In this document: one piece after another, positions 12,006-27,000 of the stretch
How positions within the stretch are numbered: position 1 is the first letter of the stretch
How the letters are laid out: the number at the start of each line of letters is the position of its first letter
Position numbers and translations under genes: made by a program
Source: Phoronis australis
Lineage: Eukaryota; Animalia; Phoronida
Assembly (NCBI GenBank): GCA_002633005.1
Contig: NMRA01000247.1
Span: 327,873-391,872 of the forward strand
Reading direction: 5' to 3'
DNA: 64,000 nt
The notes under the pieces: generated by a model
Database searches by the model: none
Seen by the model: the letters and a program-made list of their open reading frames with translations, nothing else
What the model was told of the DNA's origin: nothing

Positions 12006-15000
12006 TCAGCTAACAAGAAAGTTACGTACAGCAGCTGCAAAGCTGTATTCTCCAGATGCACAAGCAACAGGATTGGTGAAAGGATCGGTACATCGTGAAC
12101 CAGCAGGACAAAGTAGGCAGAAAGCTGAAGCAGGGACGCTGTATGTTCCTGCAACAATAAAATTCAACTCAGCAGTTCAGATACATTTCTCGTTAAAATA
12201 TTTCAGTGTGACAACGACAAACTGTCTTGGTTTTATGCTCTACCTTACAACTATCACAGGAACTTTGACCTGGACGTTGATACAGTTATGACATCAACAT
12301 AATTAAAGACACATTCGTCGCACTAGTTTTTGGCCATGATAGTAACAGGAGAAAGTTGAAAATGAAAAGTGAGATGCGATTCATGATCCAAGTTGTCAAC
12401 GTTTCAATTTATTGACATAAAACCATCATCAGGAAGCAATGTCACTAACCAATGATGGTTTTATGTTAATGCATCGAAACGATACTTGGATCATGAATTG
12501 CGCCTCAGTTTTCATTTTCAACTTTCTCATTTGGTGCGATTCCAACATTGTATTTGCAAACAACAGATACTTGGCAACATTCAACTGCACTAATTAGTTT
12601 GTGGAGTATAACGGGAGTGCAATGAATGGTTGTCACAATAAATTATATAAATTTCATAACATAGAAAGAGACGTACAAACACATGCGTCTGGCATCTACA
12701 GTAACTATTTTTTCACTGAAAATATAGTATTCACCACTCAAAGTATATAAAACAACAAAACAGAATAAATTATTTCAAAAACAAAAAATCAAACAGAGCT
12801 CAATGTTTGATGAAATTACTGTTCAATGACGCCCTTAAGAGAAAAGACACAGTGAGACACACAACATCTGTAGTCAACCAAGACAGCTTCACACAGCGAT
12901 CAGTATTTATCATAACAGCTCCATATTAGACGCTCGTCATCCCAGACCATACCTTGACTACAAGATATGCATGTACTGGACACATAAGGGCTGTATGTCC
13001 CATTGGCACAGTCCTGGGGGAGCGTGATGTTGGCTTCATCGTAACACAACTGTCCTGCTTGACATGGGGAGCATGATGCGGCCATACTGTCACTGTAGTA
13101 ACCATCAGCACACCTCTGTCAATCACAGATCACATGACCAGAAGTTGGCTTGAAAACTCCAACAGCAATTAGCAACAACAATCAAACATCAAAAAATACA
13201 AAAGCATAAATTAGTGAACGTAGAACCAAGAAACACTCGGTAATTTGTTTGGTCATTGATGTCAATTTGTATTATTTGATGGATAATAAATACATGCCAC
13301 TAGAGCAGTAATAAAAATGGAAAAATATATTTCCACGATAACCAGGGATACGTATATTTACTAAACGTAACATCAAAAAAGGTTGCTTTCTTCTTTAAAA
13401 AACAAATTGGACTTTGTGATAACCATACACACACTTCAACAAATTTATCTCAAAAGTGTTGCCAATAAATTGCTTTTTTACTCACAACAAAGTTGCTTAT
13501 TGATTTAAAGCTGTTTTTGAAACTGTTTTCACATGAACTTACATGACATTCACCGTCTGATGAAGGACTCTGATAACCCACATCACACGGTGTGGGTGTA
13601 GCAGAGACATCTAGACAAGAGTAGCCTGCTGGGCAAGCCTTGCAGGTGGTCTTCCCCTCTGCATCTTGATAGGTTCCTGCACTGCACACTGTCGGGCCAG
13701 ATAACGGTGATGAGCATTTGTAGCCAGCAGGACAGGGGAGGCAACTAGTGCCATTGGAGTATTCGCCAGTCTGAAGGTAAATAGGACAAGTGTGTTACAG
13801 CAATACTTTGGGTAGACTAGACGTGATATCCCTTCAAAAGCACTTGTAAGTCTTCATTGAAAAATTTAACATAAAAAATCACAAACATAACAATTTTTAC
13901 GCAGCAGTCGACCAGCAGGAATCAGTGAACTCACTTTAGTTCAGTGCATTAACCTGTAATCCTCTAAAAACACTAAATTTGCTTCTGGAGGAATTTAACA
14001 GTTTTAAATGTAGCTTTAATGCCATAGAACTGATTGAATCCATACACATGGAACTTGGTATCTAAAATAATAAACTGCCATATCATTCAATCCCCTTTAG
14101 TTCTTACTTATTGACTGGACCACTATGGTCAAGCAGTCAAAGCCAAGTTACATTAACGGTAAAATATAGTATGACTCCACAACTTTCCTTACTACCACCA
14201 AACACAGCAATAATCACTACAATAGTGCTACAATATGAACATGGCCACTGATTTTTCACTTGATCCATTTTGAGAAATTACTAGAGGCAAACAATGGGCC
14301 TTTTCGTTGGTCATAACAATACCCTTACCCCACAAGTAACGGGTCCTCCAGCCCCACACGTCATCCCAGCAGGACATTGAGAACAAGCAGTGGCACCAGC
14401 GTTGGAAAACTGAAACAGAAATATCAGAGAAATTTAAGAATCTTGAGAAAGGGTTCAGCTAACTGCTCATACTTAAATACTATAATGACTGTCACAATCC
14501 TTAAACATCTTCGGGGGTTTCTTCAAAACGTCAGTATGCTGACTGTATATTTGATGTTAGTTTTTGTACCTGACTTCAAATGTCATTAATATCATTTGAA
14601 ATGAGTCCACAGGTTCAAATACTAATAGTAAATAGCTTACTTTAATGAGCTCAATGTCTTCACTCGGAACTATTAGAGTGACTATAACTATTTTAAGGAA
14701 TTCCTACAGTACATGGGAAAATGTAAAATCAAAACCAGTGAGTTAAAAATCACAAGTGTTTTTGACAAAACTGTCAAAAAAGTGGTAGTTGTATAGAAGT
14801 GGTCATTCATTCACTACCTCTCCAGATGCGCAGGTGATAGGATTGGACGTAGGGTCAGGACATTTGGAGCCTGAAGGACACTCTGAGCAGGTGACAGCTC
14901 CCGTACCAGTGTGGTAATACCCATCCGGACACTGTGAAATATACGAGCAGGTAATGATCAAACAATCACATTAAAGTACAGAACACAAATGCGCTAAAAC

Positions 15001-18000
15001 CATTAAAATTGTATTAAAAATTCTCCGGATTGAGACAATTTCCAACATTTGGAACACTGAAATTTGAGCTGAAATTGATTTTTCGTGACTCTGAAATTGT
15101 GATATGGGTGATTTTTGCGTGTATCATAAAGTTTCTTTTATCAATGAAAAGCAGACCATAAACAAGGACACACTAACTGTTGTCCACAGTGTGAACAGTC
15201 TGATAGCTCTCCATAATACACAAACTAGAAGGTTGCGGTTTCTAAACATCGAGACAGCTAACCAATTTTACATCAAAACAATGACCACAAACTTGTTAAC
15301 AATGACATATAATCTAAATCAATAACCACGGATGAGTGGAGATATGTGGGTCCTCATACGAGACACAACTCAGATTTTGGATACATTGTATGGCACCTCT
15401 GACACGGCTAAATCCAAAAAAATTCCTAAAATCATTTCCTAACCTGGGGGTAAATATACACAGCATAAGGGACTTCTATTGTCAGGCACAATGTAGAAAA
15501 AATTCCTAAAATTTCTATTTAATTTATATACAAAAATCCTTTCATGTTGATCAACTCACATTTTTACAAGAAGTCTTGCCATATCCATTCTGATATTCTC
15601 CTGCAGGACACGGCACTTCAGCCTGTGTACTGTCTGCGCACTTGTGACCTACGGACAAATAGTACAGAGTTATAGCACTATAATACAAACATTGCTGAAT
15701 ACTGTGAAACTGAAAATCTTTATGAAATGAAATATGCAGTGGAAACCATCACGATGTACATCACATACAGCAGAAAGTAAGGATAAAACTTGGTAGCCAA
15801 GGTATTAGAGAAGCAAATAAAAGGACCTCTCATCAATCTGTTTGATAAATCTTAGTTTTGAACCTTGACAATCATCTTGTCAATGTGTTTCATAACCTAT
15901 CAACCAGAATACCTTGAGAGCATTGTTGACACTCATTCTGCCCCGTTGAGGTTTGAATCCACCCTGTAGGGCATGGCAGCTGTTCGGTCATGGCGTTGTA
16001 GGGACAATAGTGTCCCTTGTCGCAGGGGACACAGCCGGAGGTTGCGTTGTTGGCATACGTTCCGTTGGTACAGAGCTGTGGCGACTGATCCTTGTTGGGG
16101 CATTGATAACCACCGGGGCAAGGTAGGCAGGAGATTTGGTTACCAAGGGAGTAGTAGCCAGAGTCACACGGTTCCACTGGAAGAAAAGACAACATTGACA
16201 TGGCTTCAGCATAACAGAATCAAAGGGTTTTAGAAACACACCGAGATAGGGCCCCCATGGAAAGCAGTGTGAACTGATGGAGCAAACCTCATGGTAAGTA
16301 TTAGATTAATAAATAAATAATAAATAAATTATAAATAGGTGGGATCATTAGTTACATAAAAAATTGGGGAAACAAGATTTCATTCAAAATAACTAAGGAC
16401 CCTTCATGTCTTTTTTATTATAATAATAATAATTAAAGTTTTGAAACACTAAACATTAATAAGCAATTGAGCACACAAGTCACCTAAGATAAAAGTGTGC
16501 TCAAAATCAGCGCACAAAGATAGTTTAATTAGTAACCAACAACAATAACTATAAATAATATCAAAATACTGAATATCAATTTCAATCTCCTCTCATGTTG
16601 GTCTTTTTGTCCCTTCCAAGGAAGGCAATCAAGTTCCATTTAGATTAAAAAAATTAGTAAAAAAAATAAATCGATGGCACAAGCTTCTCCAAGGTTTAAC
16701 TGTACCAGTGTTGCTCACAATCCAAAATTCAATTCTTCAGTCAGATAGATGGTATTACTTACACGTGGCTGTGGTAGGACACTGGCTCCCTGCTGGACAC
16801 TCAGAACAACTACCTGCACCTTCAGACAGCTTGTACTGACCAGGCTTACATTCACTGCAATGCTTTTGACCACCAATGCTGAAGAATAAAATAAGTGAAG
16901 GGTAAATCAAATGGTTACCTCGGCAACACATATTTAATGAATTCATTGTTGAAATTTCACTGATGATGGTTGAACTACAAGAGAACTGCGATGCCTCAAT
17001 GGAGGTTTGCACTCACAGAGAGCTTTATATTTAAGCTGATTCAAAAAGAAACATAACGTCAAAATTGGAAGACATGGAAAGACTTTCAACTACAGTGACG
17101 TGGTGGTGGCGCTGGTGGGGCTGGCAGTGCTGATGGTGCTGGTGGCACACTGGTAAAGGAGTTGTTTGCAAGCAGCAAGATTGATGAGATCGAGTGAAGA
17201 TTAGATCTCTAGTACTTCACAAATATGATTTAAAAAGACCTCGTTTCTGCAACAGCATCAATACGAAAATTTTTGTTACCAAGACAACGGTCAATATGAA
17301 TAATTATTGACTGACAGAAATATTGACTGCTGGTTAGTTGAAAACCTCAAAGTTTGACCACATAATATATTTATAATAAAAATATCAACACCCACAAGTT
17401 TATTATAGAGTCTTAAAGCAAACCAGTTATACAGCTTACCTGGTAAATCCAGCTGAGCAGTTGACAGGACTGGCTGCCACATCAGGACACTCCATACCAA
17501 CAGGGCACGTAGTACAAGAGGACTGACCAGACTGGTCAGCATAGGTACCATCTGCACACATCACAGCATCCATCCAGTACTCTTTGGAGTAGTAACCCTT
17601 ATTAACAGGTACAGGAGAACTACTTGCACTAGCACAGCTTTCACCTAGGATCAAAGCAGATGTAATGGTACACACAATTTCAAAATGTGGAATTTCTTGG
17701 TTTATGAATCAATGAGGTCTAATGAATGTTAGACATTTAAAATTGAGAGAGCAAAAACGACGCTGACGTAAAATTTAAAGAGACATTTGTCACAAGGTGA
17801 ACAATTTGGCCCTACCACATTGGGATGCGTGCATTTTTACGGCTGCCATAATTTTACGGGGTATTGAATTTTTTGGGTATTAGCCAGATGAATACCTTTG
17901 CAAAGCTTTCTTTCCTACATATCTGAAAAATGGTTACATATCTAATAAAAAATTCAAATGAGAAAATTTAAAAATGAATTTTCACACAGTACATGATGTG

Positions 18001-21000
18001 ATGCTGTTTCAGCATTTCTCACTATAACTTCAGCATTTCTCACTATAACTTCAGCATTTCTCACTATAACTTCCAAAGTCTTAACCAAAAAAAAACATTC
18101 AAATAGTGAAAAGAAATTGTCAGCTGTAAATACCTGCTGGACAGGGGAGACAATCCGTCGCTCCGGGTGTTGACGCATAGGTTCCGTTTACACAGCCTTG
18201 TTGCGTGCTCATCCCATTGGACGGACACTCGTATCCCGCAGAACAGTTGGAACAAGCATCAGAACCAGCAGCAGCGTAAGTGCCCGCGAGACAGAGAGTG
18301 GGGACAGAGGTGGTGAGCCCAGCGCAGGCATGACCCTCGGGACATGTGAGACAGGAGGTGGAATTCTCTAAACTATACTTCTTGGTCCCACATTCAGTCT
18401 TAGTGGATGCAGAGCAGTAATAACCAGCAGGACACACAGAGCAGCTAGATGTAGCCTCACTGGCAGCAAAAGTCCCTAAATGTAAAAACGTTGTTATACA
18501 AGTCATACTCACTCACGATGTTAAGAGCACAGCAAACTCTTCTTTCAAGCAAAATCTAAGTCGAGTTGTGCAGATACAAGAATGTTACAATGAAAGTTAG
18601 CGTGATCACATGTTTTGCTTGTAATTCATGGCAAAATCTTGCAAAGAATTGCGTGATCTCGTGTTTACAAAGTTCTCCTGTCTACGGAACACATATCCGC
18701 TCTACACATATTGGACATCAGTGTGTACATCTGGGGCTCATTCCAACAAAGCTGACGAAGTTAAGACAAATTTGTCTCAAGAGCATTTCATTAAAGAGAT
18801 TTTAAATTTGACGCGAGTTTTTGACATACGTCTTGTCTTAGTTCTGACTAGCTTGCCGGATGTAGAAGTTTCAAAGTTCGGAAGATAACTAAGACAAATC
18901 TTAGACTTCAGTCAAAAATGAGCTATTAAGAGAAAGTTCCCTGCTCTATAGGATGCTATAGTGTAAATCTGTTCTACAGGCTAGTAAATCAACGGACACC
19001 AGCGTCAGTGACTCGGATGGCAATTTGGCAGAACCAGATCCACTGAAGTTAATACTTCAGAAAACATACAATACCAATAGATTTTGATTACCCGCAGGAC
19101 ACTGGATACAGCCCATCTCCAGCTGGGCACTGTAGTAGCCAGCCAAACAGTTGACCGGAGTGGATGATGAAGAGTCACACTGTTGACCAGCAGGACAGGG
19201 CAGGCACGACACTTGACCAGTTTGATTCTGGTAGTAACCTGTGGAGGACAAGAGTGTTGTAGTGATCAAAAAAGAGTGTACAGGTTATCAGAACCTGGAC
19301 ATAAAACAATGAGGATAACTTCCATTCAGCCATAGTTTAAGAGCAAACCTATTTGGTATAAATGGAATTTACAAAGATTACATTCATCATATGATTGTTG
19401 CATCTAAGCTTCATATTTTAAAAGCTACCTGATGTGTTCATGTCCAGTATCGTACTGAACAAATTACAAACTAATGAACATTGGCACTATTTGGAATAAT
19501 CACATTCAAAATCTGCATAGTATTGACTAGAGACAATAAAACATAAAATGTCCAGCCAATTGTAAAGTTGCACCTTAACATCAAACCTTTCTTGCTGGCC
19601 ACTGAATAATCATAAGAAATATGAATTTAAAGAGCTCCTCCATTCAGTCCATATGAGCATCTAATTATGACAAAAGAAACAAGAGCAACGCAGAGCGTTG
19701 AAATGCGCCCACAATTGCACCGCATACGGTATCCTTCTAGGGTTGTTTATTGGTACCATAAAGTGGCCAGTAGAGGGCATACTTTGCAAAATGGAAAGGC
19801 ATGGTCATTGTCTCCTCAATAGGCTACGGGCAAAATGTGAGTAATCTTCATAATACAAGCACATCCTATACACCAGTTGCTTAAAGCACCNCGTACTGAA
19901 CAAATTACAAACTAATGAACATTGGCACTATTTGGAATAATCACATTCAAAATCTGCATAGTATTGACTAGAGACAAGAAAACATAAAATGCCCAGCCAA
20001 TTGTAAAGTTGCACCTTAACATCAAACCTTTCTTGCTGGCCACTGAATAATCATAAGAAATATGAATTTAAAGAGCTCCTCCATTCAGTCCATATGAGCA
20101 TCTAATTATGACAAAAGAAAAAACAACCAACATGCGGAATGTTAATGTGGTAACGAACACCATAAGTTATAATTTTGTTTGCATACATTAAAATGTGCTC
20201 GACAGTTATGAATATTTGTGCAATGTTACCACAGAAAAAATACCATGCACCTTACATATCAAAACATCGATGAACAAAACCATTAGGGAGCAACAACAGG
20301 TTAATTAAATGGGATGCAAAGAAACAAATGTGTAATTCTACAGGATTCGGTGTTAGTAAGGTAAACAGTGTTAGTGTCGCTTTGTCATCTCGCAAAAAGA
20401 GATTTTCTAATCCACATTAACAAGAATGCATTCGGAGCCCAGCACCAAATACCAAGCTATGAGAATAGCATTGTATAGCATATTGTCTGAAATGACAAAA
20501 GACATGCCACGCAAACAAGGAAGCAGTAAAAACCCACAAGTGTCCCATTACAGAGCTCATCCAAAACTCAAAGCAAAGAAATATTTTTCAGCAAATAAGA
20601 GAATTGTACTAGTACCCTTTGCAGACCAACAGATATATGTGCATTGAGATACTCAAAACAGTTCAGAAGACAGCAGCACCCTCTATGAGGGCAAGTCAGT
20701 CAATCCATGCCAGGTTGAAACACGAGTAGTGGAGCACCATGCAAATATTCAATAGGCTTGTCAGCGATAGCAATAAGTTAGAGGCTGCACAAAAGGCGCT
20801 CGTTTCTCTTCATCGCACACTTTACACACAGAGACACCCCCCGTACTGTAAGTGCCCTTAGAACAGTCCTGGGCTGTGGAACTATTGCTACAGAATTGAC
20901 CGCTCGGGCAATTCACACAGGTTACTTGACCGGGTGATGGTTGATACGTTCCTCCTTGGCAGGGGCTGCATACGGTGTCACCAGCAATAGAGAAGGTTCC

Positions 21001-24000
21001 TGCTATGCACATGGTGGGTGTTGCAGCAGGATCAGTACAGTCATAACCTGCATTACATGTCTTACAACTGTCTTTCTCACTGGCGTCTTGATAAGTCCCA
21101 TTAACACAGGGGAGACACAGCTGTTCCAGAAAAGGACTGTAATAGCCTGGGTCACACGGTGTGGGTGTGGCTGGTGGAGTCAAACAGCTGTGACCAGCAG
21201 GGCAGTCGTGGCAGCTTGCCTGACCAGATACATTCTGAAACTGACCAGTGCCACAAGGGACACAATATGGACTACTGCCAGATTGTCAGAAAGTTCCTGC
21301 TAGGCATTCAACTGGTGTCAAGGATGGATTCTCACAGGAATGACCTACAGGACAGGCCAAGCAAGTCCCTTGCCCAGTTTGATTCTGATAGGATCCATTC
21401 GAGCACATCATACAACTATCTTCACCTAATGTACTGTATGTTCCAGCAAGACAGTCTGTTGGTGTTGCAGCCCTGTTGCCACAACTATTTCCTTCTGGAC
21501 AATCCAGGCAAGATCCTTGACCAGTTTCGTTCTGGTATGTGCCAACAGGACATTCGTAGCAGACCGTTTGACCCACAGGACTGTACATGCCCAAGTCCCA
21601 ATCTTGTGGAGTGACTGGCAGTGGGACAGTTTTTGCCAACAGGGCATTTTATGCAAGAAGCTTGTCCAGTGTTATCTTGGTAATATCCTAAAGTGAATTG
21701 GCAAGCAAAACAATCTTTCACACTAAGCATAACAAATTGCTGAGCTTCTTCAATCTATGTCAACTTGCTTCAGTTTAACATTCTGTGAGAATCATAATTT
21801 TGCTTAAAATATCAGGTTGCAACATACTCCAGACTTGTTAATACTCAGGTTATTTAAGCTAAAAAAAATGAAAAAGCAGACTACACATTAAGGTGAGTAT
21901 TGGCATTGAGTAATCAAAGTTGGACATATATCTAAATGCTCAACCAGGTTAACACCAATGAAAACGCCATCCATGAGTTTCGCTTTCAACTCTTATACTT
22001 CCCAACCCAAACACAAGCAAACTTATGGGATCACTCAGTTTAAGTCACAGTATTTGAAAGCTAAAACTCTCCACAGGTAACAGCAAGGTTCTTAACATTT
22101 GGGAGGTGGGTAAGATGTGTAGAGAGGGGCAAAATTTAATTTCATCCATAAACAAGTATTTTGAGACGAGACATTTTTGAGTGACTTGTGCTTCATTATG
22201 TTGCTACTACTAATATCATAATTCATATTCCAAAGGGCTGTGAGTTCATATGGTTAATAATGGTCGGTTCTCTTCAGGCTTTGTATCACTTTGCTACATT
22301 GCAAGAACCAGTTTTTCATATGATAATAAGAGTGCAGTCGCAGCCACTAACCTAATGTCAAGATAAATAAATAGCCCAGCAGTGCAATGAGTGGCCTGCT
22401 AGAAGACATGCAATGGCAGACTAAGAACCTCTCCAACTGCAGGGCATATCCAAATTCACAAGCAGAGGCATCTCCTTGTAAACAAGACAATTCTAATGCT
22501 ACAGTTTGCGGACTTTGCGGACTTTCAGAAATGAACAAAGCAGGCAGTTGAAAACAGTGAGTAAAACACCCATATATGATATTAGTACAGTCAGATTCGT
22601 GGCATACATGACAGTGTTCAGTAATAGTGCAGTGCAGTGTAGTGCAGTGGCTTGTGCTCACCAGGGATATTAGCTACAGAGGGAGGATACAGGGGACTCG
22701 TTTACCTGCGTCACATGCTTTACACACAGAGACACCCCCTGCACTGTAAGTGCCCTTGGGGCAGTTCTGGGCAGTGGAACTATTGCTACAGAACTGACCA
22801 CTCGGACAATTGACACAAGTCTCTTGACCGGGTGATGGTTGATACGTTCCTCCTTGGCAGGGGCTGCATACGGTGTCACCAGCAATAGAGAAGGTTCCTG
22901 CTATGCACATGGTGGGTGTTGCAGCAGGATCAGTACAGTCATAACCTGCATCACATGTCTTACAACTGTCTTTCTCACTGGCATCTTGATAAGTCCCATT
23001 GACACAGGGAAGACACAGCTGTTCCAGAAAAGGACTGTAATAGCCTGGGCCACACGGTGTGGGTGTGGCTGCTGGAGTCAAACAGCTGTGACCAGCAGGG
23101 CAGTCGTGGCAGCTTGCCTGACCAGATACATTCTGAAACTGACCGGTGCCACAAGGGACACAATATGGACTACTGCCAGATTGTCGGAAAGTTCCTGCTA
23201 GGCATTCAGCTGGTGTCAAGGATGGGTTCTCACAGGAATGACCTACAGGACAAGCCAAGCAAGTCCCTTGCCCAGTTTGATTCTGATAGGATCCATTCGA
23301 GCACACCGTACAACTATCTACACCTAATGTACTGTATGTTCCAGCAAGACAGTCTGTTGGTGTTGCAGCCCTGTTGCCACAACTTTTTCCTTCTGGACAA
23401 TCCAGGCAAGATCCTTGACCAGTTTTGTTCTGGTATGTGCCAACAGGACATTCGTAGCAGACCGTTTGACCCATGGGACTGTACGTGCCTGCATCACAAT
23501 CTTGTGGAGTGACTGTGGCAGTGGAGCAGTTTTTGCCAACAGGGCATTTTATGCAAGAAGCTTGTCCAGTGTTATCCTGATAATATCCTAAAGTGAATTG
23601 GCAAACAAAATAACTCTCTCACAACAAGCATAACAAAATAATGTGCTTCTTGAATCTCTAGCAACTAGCTTCAAATAACCCCTGAGATTCATAATTTTGT
23701 GCGAGATATAGTACCAAATTCGTTCCAGATAATGCCAAGGGAATTTAAGCTAGGAGACTCAAAAATCCGAGAGTAGGCGTTAGTCAAAAATGGGAATTCA
23801 AAATAAAATTTTAAATTATCAACAATGAGTAATTGTCCAAATAATCAGCTGGTTAAATCCTTAAGGAGTTGAGCTCTAAACAGCTTCTCTTTCAATATGG
23901 TTGCTGGCTAATGTGAGTGCAGAAGTCGACAAGTCAAACTGTGGTGAATTTTCTAACAATTGGACATTTCACTGAGCAAGGGTTTTAACACAAACAGATA

Positions 24001-27000
24001 CGGCACAGTTAAAATGAAGCATTAATGTAATATAATATAATAATAGAAGACTCAAAGCTAATAAATTCACTCTTGTGAGTTAGTGCAACGGCTACTTTAA
24101 AGTACAATTTACATACAATTAATTTGAAAGCTTGCCAATAAGATCAACAAGACTCAAAATGTTTGAAAGCAGGTGCACTTTTCTCAAACTAATATGGACA
24201 GAACCTGGCAAAGGGGTTCAAACGTGTGTTCTCAAATACTGTTGGTAATGCCAATAGATGAGATTTTTTTAATGTTAATTACTATGAGGTTAATCATGAC
24301 TCAGTCAGCAAAAATGGACAGGGTCCTTAAGTATTAGAGTCAACCTAAGAGTCTCTACTTAAATTAAAAATCCTTAATGTACAGTACTGGCAAAACAATG
24401 CAAAAACATCACATTTCTTTCAAATAAGAAGGTCAACTCTCAAATCTGGAAATTAAAGCAATTAAATAGTAATGTTTTAACCAGACTGTGACATAAGTGT
24501 TTTCTGGTTTCATACCACCAAACATGCCTTAAAATGACAAAGCAATAGAACTCAGTACCTTGCTGACAACTTGAGCATGAAATTTGACCTGTGGATGCAT
24601 GCTGTCCTGCAAGACAGGCTGTGGCTATTGTCTTATCAGAGCACTGATGACCTTCAGGACAGGTCAGGCAGGAATCACTCTCTGTTGCATTCTGGTACTC
24701 GCCGTCCGGACAGGCTACGGGCTCTGTCAGACCAACACTTGGGCACTTATGACCTGAATTGCAAATATGAAAAAAAAAATATAAAAAAGCATATACTGTA
24801 GATTGTTTCCTACCCAGTTTGAAAGATCAAAGAACCTTTCAACCCATTTTCTAATGATACAGTACTCTCAGCTAATTGTTTTATTTTTGGTATGTCTGTT
24901 AAGATATTAGAATGTTTTAAACAGTCACCAGTTATAATAACAATGTCTTTGAAGCCCGTTTACAGTATGAGCTATTTCTAAAAATAAGCCCACCCAAGTA
25001 CAACTTCAACATATCAAAGGGCTTGCATTGACAACGACGTGCCAGTTTTTCAGCCCCTTTCTTTGTCTCACCACTTAGAAGTCTATTTCAAAAGGTATGT
25101 ACATAATTCACTCTTGGCATATGCCAGTACAGCAAGATCACCAGCAGAGACATCCAAGTGGTTTGTGCGCCAGAAGTCATCATCAGGAACCTATCAAATG
25201 TTATTATGGGTGAACCCAGCTGACTTGGCATATGTCGGCAGAGTGAAACAAGTGCAGCCAAAGACAATGTTGAAATGAGCAACAGATACCTTTTGGACAA
25301 CTCTGACAGCTGGCATCAGTGGACCTCCTATAGAAGCCTGTGTTACAGTTGATGCACACGGTCTGACTACCATTTGGTTCTGTACCAGCAGAACAGTTCT
25401 GAAAATAAAGGTTATAGTTGTCAGAATATCAATTTAAGATAAATGCTAACAGGTATTAGACACATGGTGATGAAACTTTGAGCTGAAAGCTTTTGAGCCA
25501 AAGGATTCCAGATAATATACAGACTCAGTTTTCGAATACAACTTGTCCAGTGAAACTCTACAGTAATGCGTGATTATGACGAACGTCATAAACCCCATGT
25601 AAGGGTAGGACATCTGTTACCTTGTTTGAATAACTCACTGGACTGGTACATGCAATAGGCTTAGCGAGCGTTGCCCCTCTGAATAGTAATTTGCATGCCA
25701 GTAGCCTTTGAATGACAATGTCTACCCTGAACCTATGTTTGTGTGTTTGCTTTGAGCTTGAGGTGGGATTTTGAACGTCATTCGTGCCACGTCGTTTGAG
25801 ACATAAGCAAGTTTTTATGGTTCTGCTCTGACTGCCTATGTTACTGTTCTTGATGTTGCGAGTGCCAATTGTGCATATTCATTATAACATAGAGCATAGA
25901 CTGTGATAAACCACTAAAACTCAACGTGTCTGTTTTGAAATCAAGACAAGGCATGGCAACCACTTCATCCCATTGCAGACCAACGCTACATGTGTTGCTA
26001 TTATTGTAACATAAAAATTACATCAAACCCACTTTGGAACAAGCAATTGAAAAGGAAAGTAACCGTTTCTGATGTTACCTTTAGAAAAAACATTGTGTTG
26101 TTATGCTGGAGAGTAACATAGAGTAGGGTAGTGGAGGCAGCAGCAACAAAGACAAAAGCCAACATTGACACATCTACACTGTGTATTGTGACATTCACCA
26201 AGTTATGGACAACTTGATAACAGAGACTTACACAGCGTGGGACTGCTAGATGGTTGGTATTTTGACTTAAGTGTTATCCATTGCCAGTTGGAAATCTTAG
26301 GAAATTCTTTTTATAAGAAAACTTTGTGGGGATAGCTACATGGCTTTTGTTGTGGCTTAGTGTTCTCTACGGCCTGCTTTGATTCGTAACATTGGGTTTG
26401 AACTTAGCCATTTCGAGTTCAGCTTCTTCGCGTCAGGTTTGAATTTCAGGCTTGAATAATCGTGAATTGGGATAAAAATATTGTCTGTTGGATTCAATTT
26501 TGCAGTCTCGCAACAATGAAAGCCCTGGACTTCGTCATGACATTTTCCTACTAAGTAATCCAAAAACAACAGATATTAACATAAAAAACAGCAGTGGTAA
26601 CATGTCAAAGTATAAAGCAGACGTAACTCTTGTGGTGCAACGTGCACTAAGCCATTCACCAACGCATATGCAGTTTGGTTAAAGGAACTCACTCTGCACT
26701 TAAGTTATTGGCATGACACTGGTGTCAAACATTGCCAAGGAAATCTGAGGAAATTCTCTTAATAACAAAACTTTATTCGGGACAGCTGGACGATGTTCAC
26801 TGTCATGGTTTTTGGCATTGTAACCTTAGTGTTGCATCTTAACATCAAAAAAGAAATTTTCCAGTGACACCAAGTCAATAAAATAGGACAACTGTTCAGC
26901 CAACAGATGTCACCAAAGAAAAATACAATTCAATACATAAGCCCAGGGTTTTGAGTTGGGCACCTGTACCATGTGCACAGTAGCATGGTAGAGAACTACT

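Noticed and set aside
19451-20120. Biological tandem duplication
   Set aside because: The second copy starts exactly at the N, typical of a scaffold join or heterozygous-insertion overlap.
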